From Treponemataceae bacterium (GTDB lineage Bacteria; Spirochaetota; Spirochaetia; Treponematales; Rectinemataceae), in contig CAXXGJ010000018.1 in NCBI GenBank assembly GCA_963677895.2, forward strand, positions 416,001 to 480,000: a stretch of 64,000 nucleotides of DNA. The letters run 5' to 3'. The notes under the pieces were generated by a model. That model was not told where the DNA came from. It saw only the letters and a program-made list of their open reading frames with translations, and did no database searches. Below, in pieces: positions 9,971 through 19,621 of this stretch; position 1 is the stretch's first letter, and every line of letters starts with the position of its first letter. The translations under genes and the position numbers were made by a program.

Positions 9971-11243
9971 ACGGCTATACTACGCAAAGGAGCGAGTATG
10001 GCCATTTCAAAGGAAGTCCTGGACGAGCTTCTGAAGGACTACAAAGGGCCTGACGACATTACAGGTCCGGAAGGGCTGGTAAAACAGCTTACCAAAGCCC
10101 TGATAGAACGCACCATGGACGCCGAGATGGCCGACCACCTTGGCTACGAAAAGAACGATCAGGCGGAAAAAGAAACGTCAAATAGGCGGAACGGCAAGAC
10201 AAAGAAAACCCTGCGATCCGACCAGGGGCCGCTCGAAATCGATGATCCGCGCGACCGGGAAGGCGACTTCGAGCCGGCGATCGTCCCCAAACACCAGCGT
10301 GAATTCAAGGGCTTCGACGATAAGATCCTGTCCATGTATGCCCGAGGGATGACAACCCGGGAGATCGCCGGACACCTGAAAGAGATCTACGGCACCGATG
10401 TATCGCCAGAGCTCATAAGCCGAGCGACCGATTCGGTAAAGGAGCTGCTCGAGGATTGGCGAAACCGAACCCTGGAGCCATTCTACCCGATCTTGTTTCT
10501 GGACGCCTTGGTGATCAACGTCAGGGAAGACGGTAAGGTAGCCAAGAAATCGATCTATATGGCCCTGGCGATCAATCAGGAAGGCCACAAGGAGCTTCTG
10601 GGGCTCTGGATTGATCAGTCTGAAGGAGCCAAGTTCTGGCTAAGAATCCTGAACGAGCTTAAGAATCGCGGTGTGCAGGATATCTTGCTTACGGCAGTGG
10701 ATGGGCTTTCAGGTTTTCCTGAAGCCATCGTTACGGTGTTCCCCAAAACCGAAGTGCAATTGTGCATTGTCCACATGGTCAGGAACTCTCTGAAGTTCGT
10801 GCCGTTCAAGGACCGGAAAGCGATCGCCAACGATCTGAAAAAGATCTATTCGGCGCCTTCAGAAGAAGTGGCGGTTGAAGAACTCGAGACCTTCTCGGCA
10901 AAGTGGGATGCCCGCTACCCCATGATTTCCCGGTCATGGAAGTCCAGGTGGGCGGAACTGACGCCGTTCTTCAAGTTCCCCTCGACGATCCGGAAGGTAG
11001 TTTACACGACGAACGCTATTGAGTCATTAAACTTCACGGTACGGAAGATCACGAAGAACCGCCAGTCATTCCCTTCGGCCGATGCAGCCATGAAGCTTTT
11101 GTTTATGGCCTTGCAGAACATCTCGAAAAGGTGGACCATGCCGATACGTGACTGGGGTTCGGCGATGAATCAATTTGCGATTCTCTATGGCGACCGTGTG
11201 CCGCTATGAATCGAGCCGTTTACACAAAAATATTTACAGGCTC
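9947..11243 (+). mobile_element. IS256-family insertion sequence
   Basis: 30-bp terminal IRs at 9947-9976 (GAGCATGTAACAAATTTTGTGTAAACGGCT) and 11214-11243 (revcomp GAGCCTGTAAATATTTTTGTGTAAACGGCT), 26/30 identical, enclosing the transposase. Confidence 0.93.
9998..11209 (+). CDS. IS256-family (mutator-type) DDE transposase
   Basis: RNG, PRDREGDF, FLDA, VDGL, QLCIVH, YTTNAIES motifs. Confidence 0.96.
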   Translation: MAISKEVLDELLKDYKGPDDITGPEGLVKQLTKALIERTMDAEMADHLGYEKNDQAEKETSNRRNGKTKKTLRSDQGPLEIDDPRDREGDFEPAIVPKHQREFKGFDDKILSMYARGMTTREIAGHLKEIYGTDVSPELISRATDSVKELLEDWRNRTLEPFYPILFLDALVINVREDGKVAKKSIYMALAINQEGHKELLGLWIDQSEGAKFWLRILNELKNRGVQDILLTAVDGLSGFPEAIVTVFPKTEVQLCIVHMVRNSLKFVPFKDRKAIANDLKKIYSAPSEEVAVEELETFSAKWDARYPMISRSWKSRWAELTPFFKFPSTIRKVVYTTNAIESLNFTVRKITKNRQSFPSADAAMKLLFMALQNISKRWTMPIRDWGSAMNQFAILYGDRVPL

Positions 11244-11352
11244 CAATTAAAACTATTCGAGTGAATTATCTTCATACCTCGGCAGCTTGCTGCGAGGTTG
11301 TTGATTCACCCTCAATTCAAGATCTAGTAAGATTTCTCAACTTTGTTATATT

Positions 11353-12708
11353 CTACCCTGCTTTTTTGATCTGGTCTCCTTTGTACAAATTCTGAAAAGC
11401 AGTTTTTGTTGCATTCGCTAAATCATTAAAGTCCTGTGCCTTAGCATGATCCGCATAAGCTTGAAATACTTCAGGAGTCTTATGACCTGTCACCAGCATT
11501 ACTTTTCTTGCCTCAATGATATCAGCCATTCTGGATGAGTAGAAATGTCTCCAAGAGTGGAAGCAGATATTCCTCTTTTTCCATTCGGCAAGTGCTTTTT
11601 CTCGTCCCTTTTTCGTTTCTTCGTCATTTTTGGTATTCATGTATCTCATGTCCAAGAACGCATTACGTAAAGCAATAGAGAGAAGTTTACCATCCATTGG
11701 CCTTTCAGGTTTGGTGGAATAGAATATAAAACCATTTCGACCATGTGGGTTTGTTTTTTCAAGTTCCAATAGCTTATCTCGAATATCGGGGAGTAAAGGT
11801 ACTTCACGCGGCTCGTTTGTCTTGGTGCCTTTTAGGCCATCCTTTTCACTCCATGAATGGTTCACAAATAATCGATCCTCTCCAATATCGCACAGCTTGA
11901 TGGCTATTATTTCTCCAGCCCTTAATCCAGTGGTAGAAGCCACCATGTTAGCGGTTTTGCAGCGCTCATCCTTCCAATCCTCAGAAAATATAGCTACAGC
12001 TTCATCAATTTCTAATATACCTCGCTTCTTCTTGACGCCAGAGAAGGGCATGAGGCCTTTAAATGGACTATTTGTAATTATTTCGTTCTCTTTTGCCCAT
12101 TTTAAGGGCACTATTCCTGCCAGCATTATTTTATTGATTGTTGTCGCTGCTAGAGTTTTCTTGGCTAAACCCAGGCTAAAAGTCTTTAGATCGTTTTTTG
12201 TTATCGATTCTAGGCTTCTTCCCTCAAAAAAAGGTTTCCAATGGAAAAGTACCCTTCCTTGCATATCATACGCATGCCGTTTTCCAATTCTTAAGTTGTG
12301 AAGACGTTTGTCTTCTATATATGGTGATTTGTCATAGTCCCAGAAATTTTCAAGCCATATGATGAAATCTGTATTAGGCACCTTCTTTTTTTCTACGCTC
12401 ACATCGATAAGCTTTCGTTCCTTCAAAATCGCTACAATCGTTGCCGCATCCTTCTCGGAGAGAGATGCTTTCCTTATGCCGGCGATCAGATCTTTCACTT
12501 CAAGCATCGTATCGATAGGTTGTGGGGATTTTGTGTCTTGTGTTGGAATACCGTTCTTTAACCAGTCGGTGATCACGAGCATAGCGTCGCGCTCGTTTTT
12601 CTTCTTGGTGTTGATACCGCTGCCGAAAGTTCCTCTACTATTTCGGAATCTTACATAATAAACGCCATTTCGAAGATAGAAGTTGTAGGAAGCCCCGAAT
12701 GTGCTCAT
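11353..12708 (-). CDS. Tyrosine recombinase/integrase
   Basis: TTGLRAGEI, KGTKT, FHSWRHF, GHKT and catalytic Tyr (QAYADH); N-terminal YYVRFR arm-binding-like domain; directly downstream of a tRNA. Confidence 0.93.
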   Translation of the reverse strand: MSTFGASYNFYLRNGVYYVRFRNSRGTFGSGINTKKKNERDAMLVITDWLKNGIPTQDTKSPQPIDTMLEVKDLIAGIRKASLSEKDAATIVAILKERKLIDVSVEKKKVPNTDFIIWLENFWDYDKSPYIEDKRLHNLRIGKRHAYDMQGRVLFHWKPFFEGRSLESITKNDLKTFSLGLAKKTLAATTINKIMLAGIVPLKWAKENEIITNSPFKGLMPFSGVKKKRGILEIDEAVAIFSEDWKDERCKTANMVASTTGLRAGEIIAIKLCDIGEDRLFVNHSWSEKDGLKGTKTNEPREVPLLPDIRDKLLELEKTNPHGRNGFIFYSTKPERPMDGKLLSIALRNAFLDMRYMNTKNDEETKKGREKALAEWKKRNICFHSWRHFYSSRMADIIEARKVMLVTGHKTPEVFQAYADHAKAQDFNDLANATKTAFQNLYKGDQIKKAG

Positions 12709-12725
12709 TGCACCCCCTCGTAGCT

Positions 12726-12747
12726 AGTTTGCTACGGAGTTTGCTAC
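12726..12747. repeat. Tandem direct repeat AGTTTGCTAC x2, candidate integrase arm-type sites
   Basis: Copies at 12726-12735 and 12738-12747, between tRNA and integrase start. Confidence 0.55.
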
Positions 12748-12762
12748 AGCATGGGTTCGGGA

Positions 12763-12791
12763 TAAGAGTAACCATCGTCTGGTTACTCTTA
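12763..12791. terminator. Perfect 12-bp hairpin downstream of tRNA-Thr (terminator or att-associated)
   Basis: TAAGAGTAACCA-TCGTC-TGGTTACTCTTA. Confidence 0.55.
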
Positions 12792-12820
12792 CATTTACTG
12801 CTCTCGTAAAGAATTACTTA

Positions 12821-12893
12821 AGCCGAAGCCGGGAATCGAACCCGGTACCTGCGCATTACGAGTGCGCCGCTCTGCCTGGTGAGCTACCTCGGC
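12821..12893 (-). tRNA. tRNA-Thr(CGT), CCA not encoded
   Basis: Revcomp GCCGAGGTAGCTCACCAGGCAGAGCGGCGCACTCGTAATGCGCAGGTACCGGGTTCGATTCCCGGCTTCGGCT; anticodon loop CT-CGT-AA; TTCGA T-loop. Confidence 0.95.
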
Positions 12894-12976
12894 GATACGT
12901 GCACGAATATATCAGGTTACGAGGTTTTAGATCAAGCGGTTTTCGGGTGAGGAAGAAGCGGTGAGGGGAAAGATTG

Positions 12977-13510
12977 CTATGCCTTGCTGTCTTCGGGCGC
13001 GGCTGTCTGGCTATGGGGCTCGATCGGTTCCGAAAACTTGGGCGGATTGCGATAGACGGTCTTTATGAGATAATAGTAGTCGTCATCTTGGCCATAATAG
13101 CCGGGTATGTGCCCGATCATCTTGTAGCCGGCTTCCAGAAAGGCTTCGGGCTTCAGATTTTCCAGCTTCTTCCCTGAAGTCTCGAGACGGATCACCGCAT
13201 AGGAGTGTCTTTTCAGCAGGTCTTCGTCCAGCATTTCAAGCAGGTGTTTCCCGCCTTCCGTCGACCGATAGTCCCTGTCGACGACAATATAGCGAATGTC
13301 AAAGGTGGATTCCCTTCCGTTTATCCTGCCGATGATGGCAAAAGCGACAAGGGTTTTTCCGTCGCGCAGTTCGAGCACGGTATATGGATCTCCGGGGGAA
13401 CTCTTCCATGAAAGCAGCGTTTCGTGGAGGAGATCGATTTCCACGCCTTTAAAGGCGCCGGTGTAGGAGGCAACCTGCTCAAATTCCTGCATGTTTACAT
13501 AATCAGGCAT
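12977..13510 (-). CDS. GNAT-family acetyltransferase
   Basis: IVVDRDYRSTEGGKHLL motif-A-like segment, RLETSG, GYKMIGHIPGYY. Confidence 0.75.
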   Translation of the reverse strand: MPDYVNMQEFEQVASYTGAFKGVEIDLLHETLLSWKSSPGDPYTVLELRDGKTLVAFAIIGRINGRESTFDIRYIVVDRDYRSTEGGKHLLEMLDEDLLKRHSYAVIRLETSGKKLENLKPEAFLEAGYKMIGHIPGYYGQDDDYYYLIKTVYRNPPKFSEPIEPHSQTAAPEDSKA

Positions 13511-13734
13511 TTTTTTCCCTTGATTCCAAGTATAGAAGTATTTCCTGCCCTAAAGCAAATTTCTTTTCGGATAGAAGATATGAAAATCGCTATCTTTCAC
13601 TTTATTCTATTCAATAGAAAGCATAACGGCTGGAATTAATCAAGGGATATGGGGGATGCAGGGCAGGGGGCGGAAATTTGAGGCAAGGCCATCTGGCTTT
13701 TCGGCTGATGGCCCTGTCTCATTTCAGTAGGTTG

Positions 13735-14751
13735 TCAGCGGATGGATACTCCAAAAAAAGGCTCGATAGAAGCGAATTTTCCGGGCAGTACATCGAAATC
13801 CGCCTCAAAACGAAGGTCGCCGAGCATCAGCGTAAATCTATGCGTCCCGGGAACCACTTTGCCGTAGAGGCTGTCCAGGCGTCTTCCATCCAGGTAGATC
13901 GTCATGTCCTGGAAACCGATAGGTCTTCCCATAAGAGTCGCGAACAGTTCAGGTATCGTGATCTGATAATCCACGAGGTTCGGGGAAAGGGATACCTGCA
14001 TGGTAAGCGGTCCGTTCAGGGAGACTCTGTCGATATAATCGGCATAACCCGGGGCCACGATGCGTATCGTATAGTTCCCCGGCATCCATTCACCGCGGTA
14101 CGGCAGGTTGCCGATGTACGTGGAATCCCTATAGAGGCTTGCTCCGGAAACATTCGTGGCATTGATGTATACGGGAAGCGATATGGGGTTGAGGTTGGCG
14201 CGGATCTGATAGGAGCCGTTAAGCTTGATGGTTCGCGTGTAGTCTTCATACCCGTCGAGTCGGACGGCGACTGAATAGGTGCCGGGGTGCAGGTAGGAAA
14301 CGAATGGGGTGTTCCCCGCATAGGAGCCGTTCAGATAGACTTGCGCTCCCCCCACATTCGATTCTATGGAGAGCTGGTATCTGGGAGCGGGAGGAACGGG
14401 TTGCGGAAATGGCGGCTTCTGCGGCTGCGGAGCGGGAGGCTGGGGTGGGGGTGCGGGAGGCTGCGATGGTCTGCCGCCCAGATTGGCATAAACGGTGATG
14501 GGTGTGTTCCCTACATTGATCGTCGTAGAGAAATCGGAGAATCCGTCTTTTGTCACTTTGATCTTATAGATTCCCGGCGCCACCAAGGTGGAAAAATTCG
14601 GGGATGCGTAGCCCGCCAATTTCTCGTTGAGGTAGACGGCGGCTCCCGCCTGGCTGCTCTGTACATTGAGCGAGGTCTTCGCCTGCGCGAATATCAGGCC
14701 CGGCAGCGCGATAAGGAGCGCGAAAACCGCTAGGAAGATTCTTTTTCTCAT
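13735..14751 (-). CDS. Secreted PEGA-domain repeat protein with Pro/Gln-rich linker
   Basis: Start MRKRIF at 14751 with signal peptide; repeated S...GAxVYLNG...PGxYxxxxxxxGY units. Confidence 0.85.
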   Translation of the reverse strand: MRKRIFLAVFALLIALPGLIFAQAKTSLNVQSSQAGAAVYLNEKLAGYASPNFSTLVAPGIYKIKVTKDGFSDFSTTINVGNTPITVYANLGGRPSQPPAPPPQPPAPQPQKPPFPQPVPPAPRYQLSIESNVGGAQVYLNGSYAGNTPFVSYLHPGTYSVAVRLDGYEDYTRTIKLNGSYQIRANLNPISLPVYINATNVSGASLYRDSTYIGNLPYRGEWMPGNYTIRIVAPGYADYIDRVSLNGPLTMQVSLSPNLVDYQITIPELFATLMGRPIGFQDMTIYLDGRRLDSLYGKVVPGTHRFTLMLGDLRFEADFDVLPGKFASIEPFFGVSIR

Positions 14752-15147
14752 GATTGTTTCCTCTCTTGTATCTAGACAAAAATAACACGCTTCACCTTTC
14801 ACGACAATGCTGGTGGATATTTTGCGTGAATTGGCGGGCACTCTGATATTAAAATAGTCGATCGCGACCTGAATTCAAAGTTTTAGTTCGAACCGGTAAA
14901 ATTATAAAGGATGAAGGTAATTCTATAATTATTTAGCTTTGGGGCCGAACTGTCCATCTTTTGCATCCAGGCCGCAAAAGCGGTCTCTGTTTTTTAAAAT
15001 TATGCATTTTTTGACTATCGCGCGTTTCATATAGTGAACCTCCTGTATCGATTATTGTCTTGACGGCAGAGGGAAACCAAGGGATGATGGATTTTAGCAA
15101 AATATGATAATTACTTTGCCAATTTGCCTTTATTGCAGGGGGTAGCC

Positions 15148-16188
15148 ATGTCCATGGGTGATAAATACGGTACGCATAGGGTGATCGAACCGGCGGGAGC
15201 CATGCCCCAAACGGCTTTGCGCCTGGATAACGATATGTCCAAACTTTTCGACAACGAGATCCTGATCGACGTCATGGCGCTCAATATCGATTCGGCCAGC
15301 TTTACCCAGATTGAGCAGGAGGCCGGCGGCGACGAGGAAAAGATAAAATCGATCATTCTCAGTATCGTGGGGACGAGGGGCAAGCAGCAGAATCCTGTCA
15401 CCGGTTCCGGCGGCATGTTGATCGGCACGGTGGCGAAAATCGGGTCTGCCCTGAAGGACAGGGATCTGAAAGTTGGGGATAAGATTGCCAGTCTGGTCTC
15501 TCTTTCCCTCACGCCTTTGAGGATCCAACGCATTATCGCGGTACATAAGGAAATCGACCGCGTGGAAGTCGAGGCTCAGGCTATTCTCTTTGAATCGGGA
15601 ATTTACGCGAAACTACCGGCTGATATGGATGAAGGTTTGGCATTGGCCGCCCTGGACGTCGCGGGCGCTCCGGCCCAGACCGCCAAGCTCGTCAGGCCTG
15701 GGGATTCGGTTCTTGTTCTCGGCGCTGGGGGAAAATCCGGCATGCTTTGCTGTTACGAGGCCATGAAACGCGCGGGGCCGACGGGCAGGGTTGTCGCGAA
15801 TATCCATTCAGAGCGTTCTAAAAAGGTACTCGAAGATCTTCACCTGGCGCACGAGATCGTTCTGGCCGACGCGTCGCGGCCGGTGGAGTTTTTGAAAAAG
15901 GTGCTTCCGGCGAACCACGGCAAGGAATTCGACATCTCCATCAATTGCGTGAATATTCAGGGCGCCGAGATGGCGTCCATTCTTCCCGTGCGCGATGGAG
16001 GCATCGTGTACTTTTTCTCGATGGCGACGAGCTTCACGAGGGCGGCACTCGGCGCCGAGGGTATAGGCAAGGACGTGACTATGATCATCGGGAATGGCTA
16101 CACGAAGGATCATGCCGAGATCACGCTTTGGGAGCTTCGCGAAAATGAGGCGCTCAGGAAGTATTTCGAGGCTCAGTACGTGAAGTGA
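15148..16188 (+). CDS. kdd: L-erythro-3,5-diaminohexanoate dehydrogenase
   Basis: YGTHRVIEP, LNIDSASF, QNPVTGSGGMLIG, LVSLSLTPL, LDVAGAP, GAGGKSG; first gene of the lysine operon. Confidence 0.95.
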   Translation: MSMGDKYGTHRVIEPAGAMPQTALRLDNDMSKLFDNEILIDVMALNIDSASFTQIEQEAGGDEEKIKSIILSIVGTRGKQQNPVTGSGGMLIGTVAKIGSALKDRDLKVGDKIASLVSLSLTPLRIQRIIAVHKEIDRVEVEAQAILFESGIYAKLPADMDEGLALAALDVAGAPAQTAKLVRPGDSVLVLGAGGKSGMLCCYEAMKRAGPTGRVVANIHSERSKKVLEDLHLAHEIVLADASRPVEFLKKVLPANHGKEFDISINCVNIQGAEMASILPVRDGGIVYFFSMATSFTRAALGAEGIGKDVTMIIGNGYTKDHAEITLWELRENEALRKYFEAQYVK

Positions 16189-16199
16189 GGAGGCATCCA

Positions 16200-17486
16200 T
16201 TGTCCGCGAAAGAATTTCCCCATTTGGTTCTTGATCGTTCCATGGCTCTTTTCGAAGAAGCCCAAAGGCTGTCTCCCGGCGGAGTGATGGGAATACGGCG
16301 GCCTTATAATTTTATACAAGGCGAATACCCAATTTTCATAGATCGCGGCTACAAGGGGCATATCGTCGATGTCGACGGCAACGATTACATCGATATGCTC
16401 TGCGCCTACGGGCCCATAATCCTGGGCTACGACGAGGCGGAGATAAATGACGCCGTGAAAAAGCAAATGGATGAAAAGGGTTTCTGCTTCTCCCTGGTGC
16501 AGAAAATCCAGAACGATCTCGAAAGGCGGCTGACGGAGCTTATCCCCTGCGCCGAGCAGGTCATTCTCGTGAAGACCGGTTCGGATGCCACGAGCCTGGC
16601 GACGCGTATCGCCCGCGGCTATAACGACAAGCGCTATATCCTCCGCTGCGGCTACCATGGCTGGCACGACTGGTGCGTGGAAGTGCACGGCGGCGTGCCC
16701 GACGAGATTTCCGCGCTGACCGACGAATTCGAATATGGATCCCTCGAGGCTCTCGAGGAGAAACTGAAGGCGCATCGCGGGGATGTCGCCTGCATCATCC
16801 TGACGCCTGTCGGTCATCCGCTGGCCAAGCCCGTGATGACGCCTCCTCCGGGGTATCTGGAAGGCGTCAGGAAACTGGCCGATGAATATGAGGCCGTTCT
16901 TATCTTCGATGAAGTGCGAACGGGATTCAGGGTATCGATGGGAGGCGCGCAGGAACGCTATGGCGTGACGCCCGATCTGGGTACGTTCGGGAAGGCGCTC
17001 GCGAACGGTTATCCCATCAGCGCGGTCGCGGGAAAGAGAGAATTCATGAAGGTGGCCGAAAAGAAGGTCTTCGTCTCTTCGACATTTTTCCCCAACAGCC
17101 TGGAGATGGTCGCCGCCATGAAGTGCCTCGATATTCTGGAGCGGGAAATAGTTCCCGAATCCATCTGGCGACGGGGCACGGTTTTTCTGGAACGTCTCGG
17201 GGCGATTGCGGCGGCATCGGGCGTGCCCCTCACGGTTTCCGGGATTCCGCCGATGCCTTTCATGACCTTCGACAAGGCGGAGAGCGACGGGGAAAAGACC
17301 TACAAGGCGAGAAGGGAATATTTCTATACGCAGACAATCAGGCGCGGACTCTTCATCCAGCCTTTCCATCATTGGTATATCGCGCATCGTCATACCGACG
17401 CCGACCTCGATCGCGCCTTGAGCGTCATCGCGGAATCCTTGGAATTGACGGCGAAACGGTTCCCGGCCAACCAGGGCGGCAGATAA
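16200..17486 (+). CDS. kat: Class III PLP aminotransferase (HemL-like), likely 3-aminobutyryl-CoA aminotransferase
   Basis: TTG start after GAGGAGG; DVDGNDYID, YHGWHDW, FDEVRTGFR, TFGKALANG (PLP Lys); lies between kdd and kce. Confidence 0.78.
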   Translation: MSAKEFPHLVLDRSMALFEEAQRLSPGGVMGIRRPYNFIQGEYPIFIDRGYKGHIVDVDGNDYIDMLCAYGPIILGYDEAEINDAVKKQMDEKGFCFSLVQKIQNDLERRLTELIPCAEQVILVKTGSDATSLATRIARGYNDKRYILRCGYHGWHDWCVEVHGGVPDEISALTDEFEYGSLEALEEKLKAHRGDVACIILTPVGHPLAKPVMTPPPGYLEGVRKLADEYEAVLIFDEVRTGFRVSMGGAQERYGVTPDLGTFGKALANGYPISAVAGKREFMKVAEKKVFVSSTFFPNSLEMVAAMKCLDILEREIVPESIWRRGTVFLERLGAIAAASGVPLTVSGIPPMPFMTFDKAESDGEKTYKARREYFYTQTIRRGLFIQPFHHWYIAHRHTDADLDRALSVIAESLELTAKRFPANQGGR

Positions 17487-18308
17487 ATGGGAAAGAAAAT
17501 CGTCATAACATGCGCCTGTACCGGCGCCGAAACCACGAGAGAACAGAATCCCGCGCTTCCCCTGACTCCCGAAGAAATAGCCGATGCGGCATACGAAGCC
17601 TGGCTCGCGGGCGCGGCGATTCTCCATCTGCATGTGCGCGACGAAAGCGGAAAGCCTACGCAGAATCCCGCCGTATTCAGGCGCGCGATCGAGCTCATCA
17701 GGCGTAAATGCGATATTGTCGTGGAGATAACGACCGGCGGCGCGGTGGGCGATGGCGCCGAGGAGCGGCTGCGTCCGGTCATGGAAATAGAACCGGAAAT
17801 GGCCAGTCTCGACTGCGGGACCGTCAATTTCGGCAACGATTTCATCGTGAATACGCTCCCGACCATGCGTCGTTTCGCGGCGGAATTCCGGGCAAGGAAG
17901 GTGCGACCTACCTTGGAATGTTTCGATCTTGGCCATATCTGGGCATCGCGGATCCTCATCGAGGAAGGGCTTCTGGAAGCGCCGTATCACTATGGCCTCG
18001 TCATGAACGTTCCCGGTTCGGTTCCGTATAACGTCGACAATCTCGAAGTGTTCAGGAGGGCTCTGCCTGAGAACGCATTTTTTACGGTGATGGGCATAGG
18101 GAAATCATCGCTGCCCGCTCAATTTGGCGCGATAGCGTGCGGAGGATGGATCCGCGTCGGTTTCGAGGACAATGTCTATTACGCGAAGGGACTCCCCGCC
18201 AAATCCAACGCGGAACTTGTAGAGCGCGCGGCAAGAATAGCCCGGGAAGCGCAGCTCGATATCGCGACCAGCGATGAAGTGAGATCGTTCCTTCGATTGA
18301 GGGGGTAA
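17487..18308 (+). CDS. kce: 3-keto-5-aminohexanoate cleavage enzyme (DUF849/BKACE)
   Basis: ITCACTGAE, HLHVRD, TTGGA, ASLDCGTVNFG, RVGFEDN. Confidence 0.93.
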   Translation: MGKKIVITCACTGAETTREQNPALPLTPEEIADAAYEAWLAGAAILHLHVRDESGKPTQNPAVFRRAIELIRRKCDIVVEITTGGAVGDGAEERLRPVMEIEPEMASLDCGTVNFGNDFIVNTLPTMRRFAAEFRARKVRPTLECFDLGHIWASRILIEEGLLEAPYHYGLVMNVPGSVPYNVDNLEVFRRALPENAFFTVMGIGKSSLPAQFGAIACGGWIRVGFEDNVYYAKGLPAKSNAELVERAARIAREAQLDIATSDEVRSFLRLRG

Positions 18309-18312
18309 AGCA

Positions 18313-19596
18313 ATGCATGATTTTTTGTCCTACGATTATCGCCGCATTCCTCTCTATGAAAATGTAAGCTCCGAGGATTGGAACGATTGGCATTGGCAGA
18401 TACGGAACAACATAAGGGATGTGGCCACGCTGTCGCGCGTAATACCGATTTCGGCGCAGGACAAAGAAGATATAGCGGAAGTGCTCAAGGTTTTCCGCAT
18501 GGCGATTACTCCTTATTACGCCTCTCTCATCGATCCGGCCAATCGTCTCTGTCCCGTCAGGCTGCAAGCCGTGCCGAGGCGCCAGGAAACATTCACCGAT
18601 AAATCGGACCAGAACGATCCTCTCCATGAAGATGTCGATTCTCCGGTTCCCGGGCTCACCCATCGCTATCCCGACAGGGTGCTTCTCCTTGTCACCCATA
18701 TCTGCTCGATGAACTGCAGGCATTGCACGCGAAGGCGGCTTGTCGGCGTGGAGGACGTCAGCTTGGACGACGCCAACCTCGACGCGGCCCTGGAGTACAT
18801 AAGGAAGACGCCGATAATCCGCGACGTCCTGATTTCCGGAGGCGATCCATTCGTCCTGTCGACCGAAAGGCTCGAAAGCATAATCTCAAGGATACGCGCC
18901 ATACCTCACGTGGAGATTATTAGGATCGGGACGAGAACGCCCGTCGTCATGCCCATGAGAATTACGGATGACCTTGTCGCGATGCTGCGGAAATACGAAC
19001 CGCTCTACGTGAACACGCATTTCAACCATCCCAAGGAAATCACGGCCGAAGCGCGGGAGGCCTGCCGGAAGTTGGCCGATGCCGGAATTCCATTGGGAAA
19101 CCAGAGCGTCCTGCTCCGCGATGTCAACGATTGCCCCGTCCTCATGAAGAAGCTCGTGCAGAAACTCCTCTGCGTCAGGGTGAAGCCTTATTACATCTAT
19201 CAGTGCGACATGTCGCGAGGCATCTCGCACTTCAGGACGACGGTGTCCAAAGGCATCGAGATCATCGAAAACCTTCGCGGCCATACTTCGGGGATCGCGG
19301 TGCCGACCTTTGTCATCGACGCGCCGGGAGGCGGGGGGAAAATCCCGGTCATGCCCGATTATCTCATAACGCAGAACGAGAAGCGCGTGATTCTGAGGAA
19401 TTACGAAGGCGTGATCACCACGTACGATGAACCCCATTTCTATGAGGAAGACTGCGGAAAGTGCAGGATCTGTTTCGAAGAGCCTTGGCTGAAACCGACA
19501 TGCGGCGTTGCCCGTTTGCTGGACGGTCAGGAAAAAGTGCTTGAACCCAAGAACCTGGCTCGAGCTTCACGAGGCCATCATGCCGAAGAGCTTTGA
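18313..19596 (+). CDS. kamA: Lysine 2,3-aminomutase (radical SAM, PLP)
   Basis: CSMNCRHCTRRR, SGGDP, NQSVLL, DAPGGGGKIP. Confidence 0.97.
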   Translation: MHDFLSYDYRRIPLYENVSSEDWNDWHWQIRNNIRDVATLSRVIPISAQDKEDIAEVLKVFRMAITPYYASLIDPANRLCPVRLQAVPRRQETFTDKSDQNDPLHEDVDSPVPGLTHRYPDRVLLLVTHICSMNCRHCTRRRLVGVEDVSLDDANLDAALEYIRKTPIIRDVLISGGDPFVLSTERLESIISRIRAIPHVEIIRIGTRTPVVMPMRITDDLVAMLRKYEPLYVNTHFNHPKEITAEAREACRKLADAGIPLGNQSVLLRDVNDCPVLMKKLVQKLLCVRVKPYYIYQCDMSRGISHFRTTVSKGIEIIENLRGHTSGIAVPTFVIDAPGGGGKIPVMPDYLITQNEKRVILRNYEGVITTYDEPHFYEEDCGKCRICFEEPWLKPTCGVARLLDGQEKVLEPKNLARASRGHHAEEL

Positions 19597-19621
19597 ACGT
19601 GGGCGATAAGGCGATCGAATA

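Larger units (their letters stand above)
1..12820. mobile_element. Right end of an integrative genomic island at tRNA-Thr; other boundary lies left of the window
   Basis: Integrase next to the tRNA 3' end, visible AT-rich composition versus the GC-rich core, IS and cargo operon. Confidence 0.8.

Noticed and set aside
14390..14475. Low-complexity GC-rich repeats
   Set aside because: They encode the Pro/Gln linker of the PEGA protein.
14842..15147. Possible lysine riboswitch upstream of kdd
   Set aside because: I could not find L-box consensus elements or a terminator by eye; an Rfam scan would be needed.
16173..17990. 605-aa minus-strand ORF
   Set aside because: Antisense shadow of the aminotransferase and kce in GC-rich DNA; no recognisable motifs.
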